In this document: piece after piece, positions 32,808-34,629 of the stretch
How the letters are laid out: each line of letters opens with the position of its first letter
How positions within the stretch are numbered: the stretch's first letter is position 1
DNA from: an uncultured bacterium
GTDB taxonomy: Bacteria; Eisenbacteria; RBG-16-71-46
Assembly (NCBI GenBank): GCA_964398895.1
Contig: CAYNPF010000003.1
Span: 1 to 34,629 of the forward strand
Length of the DNA: 34,629 bases
Reading direction: 5' to 3'
Notes under the pieces: model-generated
Seen by the model: the letters and a program-made list of their open reading frames with translations, nothing else
The model's database searches: none
What the model was told of the DNA's origin: nothing
Position numbers and translations under genes: made by a program

Positions 32808-33635
32808 TCACGCGGCGGAGGTGACGCCGAGGCGCGGACAGTGGGGTGAGAGCGGACAGATCGAGCAACGCGGCTTCCGCGCCACGCAGACGCGGCGGCC
32901 GTGGAAGATGAGCCACAGCGAGAAGGCCGACCACCGCGGCTCGGGCAGCAGCGGCTGCAGCGCGAACTCGATCTTCACCGGGTCGCGTTCCACGGTGAAG
33001 CCGAGGCGGTGGGCGAGGCGCTGCACGTGCGTGTCCACGACGATGCCGGGCAGGCCGTAGGCGCTCCCTCGCACCACGTTGGCGGTCTTGCGCCCGACGC
33101 CGGGCAGCTCGACCAGGGCCTCGAGGTCGCGCGGCACCTCGCCGCCGTGCCGCGCGACGATCGCCGCACAGCAGCCCTGGATGGCCTTCGCCTTGTTGCG
33201 GTAGAAGCCGGTGGAGCGGATGAGCTCCTCCAGCTCGGCGCGATCGGCGCCGGCCAGCGCGGCGGCGTCGGGGAAGCGGGCGAACAGCCCGGGGGTGACG
33301 AGGTTCACGCGCGCGTCGGTGCACTGGGCCGAGAGGATGGTCGCCACCAGGAGCTGCAGCGCGTTCGCGTGCGTGAGCGGCGTGCGCGCGTCCGGGTAGA
33401 GCCGCTCGAGGATCGCGGCGACCGCGGCCGCACGCGCCGCCACGGCGGAGCGCCGCTCGCCGGCGGCACCGGCGCCGCGCCGCGCGTGCGCCACCCGGGG
33501 CACGCGCTCGGCGACCCGGTCGGGCGCGGAGCGGCGGCCGGCCGGCTTGCGCCCGGGCGTGGTGCGCGGGCGCGCCTTCTCCGGCAGGCGCGGCTCGGGC
33601 GGGCGACGGCGGGAACGCGGCGACTTGCGCGGCAT
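32808..33635 (-). CDS. nth: Endonuclease III (HhH-GPD DNA glycosylase/AP lyase)
   Basis: HhH motif LVELPGVGRKTANVV. FeS cluster loop CVARKPRCSICPLSPHC (C-x6-C-x2-C-x5-C). LLVATILSAQCTDARVN. There is a basic Pro/Arg-rich N-terminal extension of about 60 aa. Confidence 0.9.
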   Translation of the reverse strand: MPRKSPRSRRRPPEPRLPEKARPRTTPGRKPAGRRSAPDRVAERVPRVAHARRGAGAAGERRSAVAARAAAVAAILERLYPDARTPLTHANALQLLVATILSAQCTDARVNLVTPGLFARFPDAAALAGADRAELEELIRSTGFYRNKAKAIQGCCAAIVARHGGEVPRDLEALVELPGVGRKTANVVRGSAYGLPGIVVDTHVQRLAHRLGFTVERDPVKIEFALQPLLPEPRWSAFSLWLIFHGRRVCVARKPRCSICPLSPHCPRLGVTSAA

Positions 33636-33716
33636 GGTGCGGCGAGACTATCGGGCGCCGCGCGGAGAGGCAAGACCCGCGACGGCGCCCGAACGACCCG
33701 GGACGGCGAGGGGCGG

Positions 33717-34628
33717 CTAGAAGCCCCAGGCCAGGCCGAAGCGCGCGCCGACGCCGTTCAGCTTGACGATGTCGCGCACGGTGACCGGACCGTACTCGTC
33801 GAGGTAGACGTCCATGTCGCTGCCGGCCTCGCAGCCGTTGTAGAAGACCTCGCCGGTCAGCCGCGTGCGGCCGCTCAACGGGATGGCGACGCCGCCCCAG
33901 GCCTGCCAGCCGAAGCCGCCGAAGGTCTCGTCGTACGACTCGCCGTAGTAGTAGTCGTCGGCGGTCATGAACAACCACTCGTAGCCGACGCCGACGCCGG
34001 CGTACGGGATCACCGACATGTTCTCGTCACCGCCCACCTGCACGAAGGCCAGCAGCGGCACCAGGTCGAGCGTGGACTTGGACAGCAGCAGGCGCTCCTC
34101 GACCGTGCCGCCGGGCCCGTCGTAGCTGCCGATCGCCACCTCGTCCTCCTCGGCGCGGTGCCACCAGTCCATGGCCACGCCGAACTGGACGTGCGGGTCC
34201 ACCTGCGGACCCATGCGGAAGCCGCAATCGAAACCCGCGTCGAGGTCGTCGGTGGGGTCGAAGAAGCCGGCGTGGATCTGGGTGGTGATCGGCATCACCG
34301 GCGGACCCGAGCGGTAGTGCCGCGGACGATAGGTCACGCCGCCCACGAAGGGCGTGGACAGCGCCAGCGTGGCGGGGACCAGCGTGGCTCCGCCGGCCGG
34401 CGCGGGCGCAGTGAGTTCGAACGAAGGCGCGGCGACCGCACCACCGGGGACGACCTCGCCCGCCGCGGCGGCCAGGGGAAACGCGGCGACCGACAGGATC
34501 ACCTCGGGAGCGAGCGCCTCGATCGCCGGAGCGATCCGCGCCGTGGCGGTGAAGCCGAGATCGGGCAGGCCGATCGTCACCATCTCGATATCGGATCGGC
34601 CGCTCGCCTGCTCGAGCAGAGCGCCGAC
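33717..34628 (-). CDS. Outer-membrane beta-barrel protein (N-terminus possibly outside window)
   Basis: The C-terminus GVGARFGLAWGF is a classical OMP terminal-Phe signature. The strands are G/Y/W-rich (VIPYAGVGVGYEWLF, GFGWQAWGGVAIPL). The frame remains open upstream of the ATG at 34583 to the window edge, and no clear signal peptide is visible. Confidence 0.65.
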   Translation of the reverse strand, partial: VGALLEQASGRSDIEMVTIGLPDLGFTATARIAPAIEALAPEVILSVAAFPLAAAAGEVVPGGAVAAPSFELTAPAPAGGATLVPATLALSTPFVGGVTYRPRHYRSGPPVMPITTQIHAGFFDPTDDLDAGFDCGFRMGPQVDPHVQFGVAMDWWHRAEEDEVAIGSYDGPGGTVEERLLLSKSTLDLVPLLAFVQVGGDENMSVIPYAGVGVGYEWLFMTADDYYYGESYDETFGGFGWQAWGGVAIPLSGRTRLTGEVFYNGCEAGSDMDVYLDEYGPVTVRDIVKLNGVGARFGLAWGF

Positions 34629-34629
34629 C

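Noticed and set aside
1-34629. Search for CRISPR arrays, tRNA/rRNA genes, IS elements, integrases and prophage genes.
   Set aside because: I saw no regularly spaced direct repeats, no tRNA-like T-arm/acceptor patterns in intergenic regions, and no transposase or integrase motifs in any frame.

Overview
High-GC bacterial chromosomal segment; hand-counted 60-nt lines give about 72-78% GC, apart from one lower-GC patch. The host is evidently a diderm: there are many beta-barrel OMP genes, DsbD, Tat substrates and lipoproteins. I found no rRNA, tRNA, CRISPR array, transposase or integrase. About 32 protein genes can be supported. Left to right they are: tldD/pmbA, an EmrB-like MFS pump, a half-size TauE protein, a Tat nitroreductase, a Mut7-C RNase-domain protein, GT2 plus a WecA-like transferase, an orphan lipoprotein in a lower-GC patch, two tandem OMPs, a lipoprotein/Eis-like GNAT/small Tat protein/amidase operon, a SAM methyltransferase/DUF5671 membrane protein/secreted aspartyl-protease-PDZ operon, a small OMP, dsbD, an ECF sigma with a zinc-type anti-sigma and two divergent paralogous membrane proteins, a PorV-like OMP, a YhaO/YhaN-like (SbcCD-like) phosphoesterase/ATPase pair, a TPR-like protein, sppA, nth and a further OMP. 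Many long ORFs in the six-frame track are antisense or out-of-frame shadows typical of high-GC DNA, and I trimmed or rejected them. Start codons were refined using six GTGA stop/start overlaps. My best candidate for an undescribed system is the central minus-strand operon at 15043-18853. It combines an exported tandem-retropepsin/PDZ protease, a DUF5671 membrane protein carrying a pilin-like C-terminal module, and a SAM methyltransferase. Other notable items are an SppA with a PorV-like N-terminal domain, a Tat-signal GatC-like mini-protein coupled to a signal-less amidase, a pair of identical back-to-back ECF-type promoters, and an SMC-like ATPase with a transmembrane hairpin at its midpoint. 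All family assignments come from motif recognition by eye; no database search was run.
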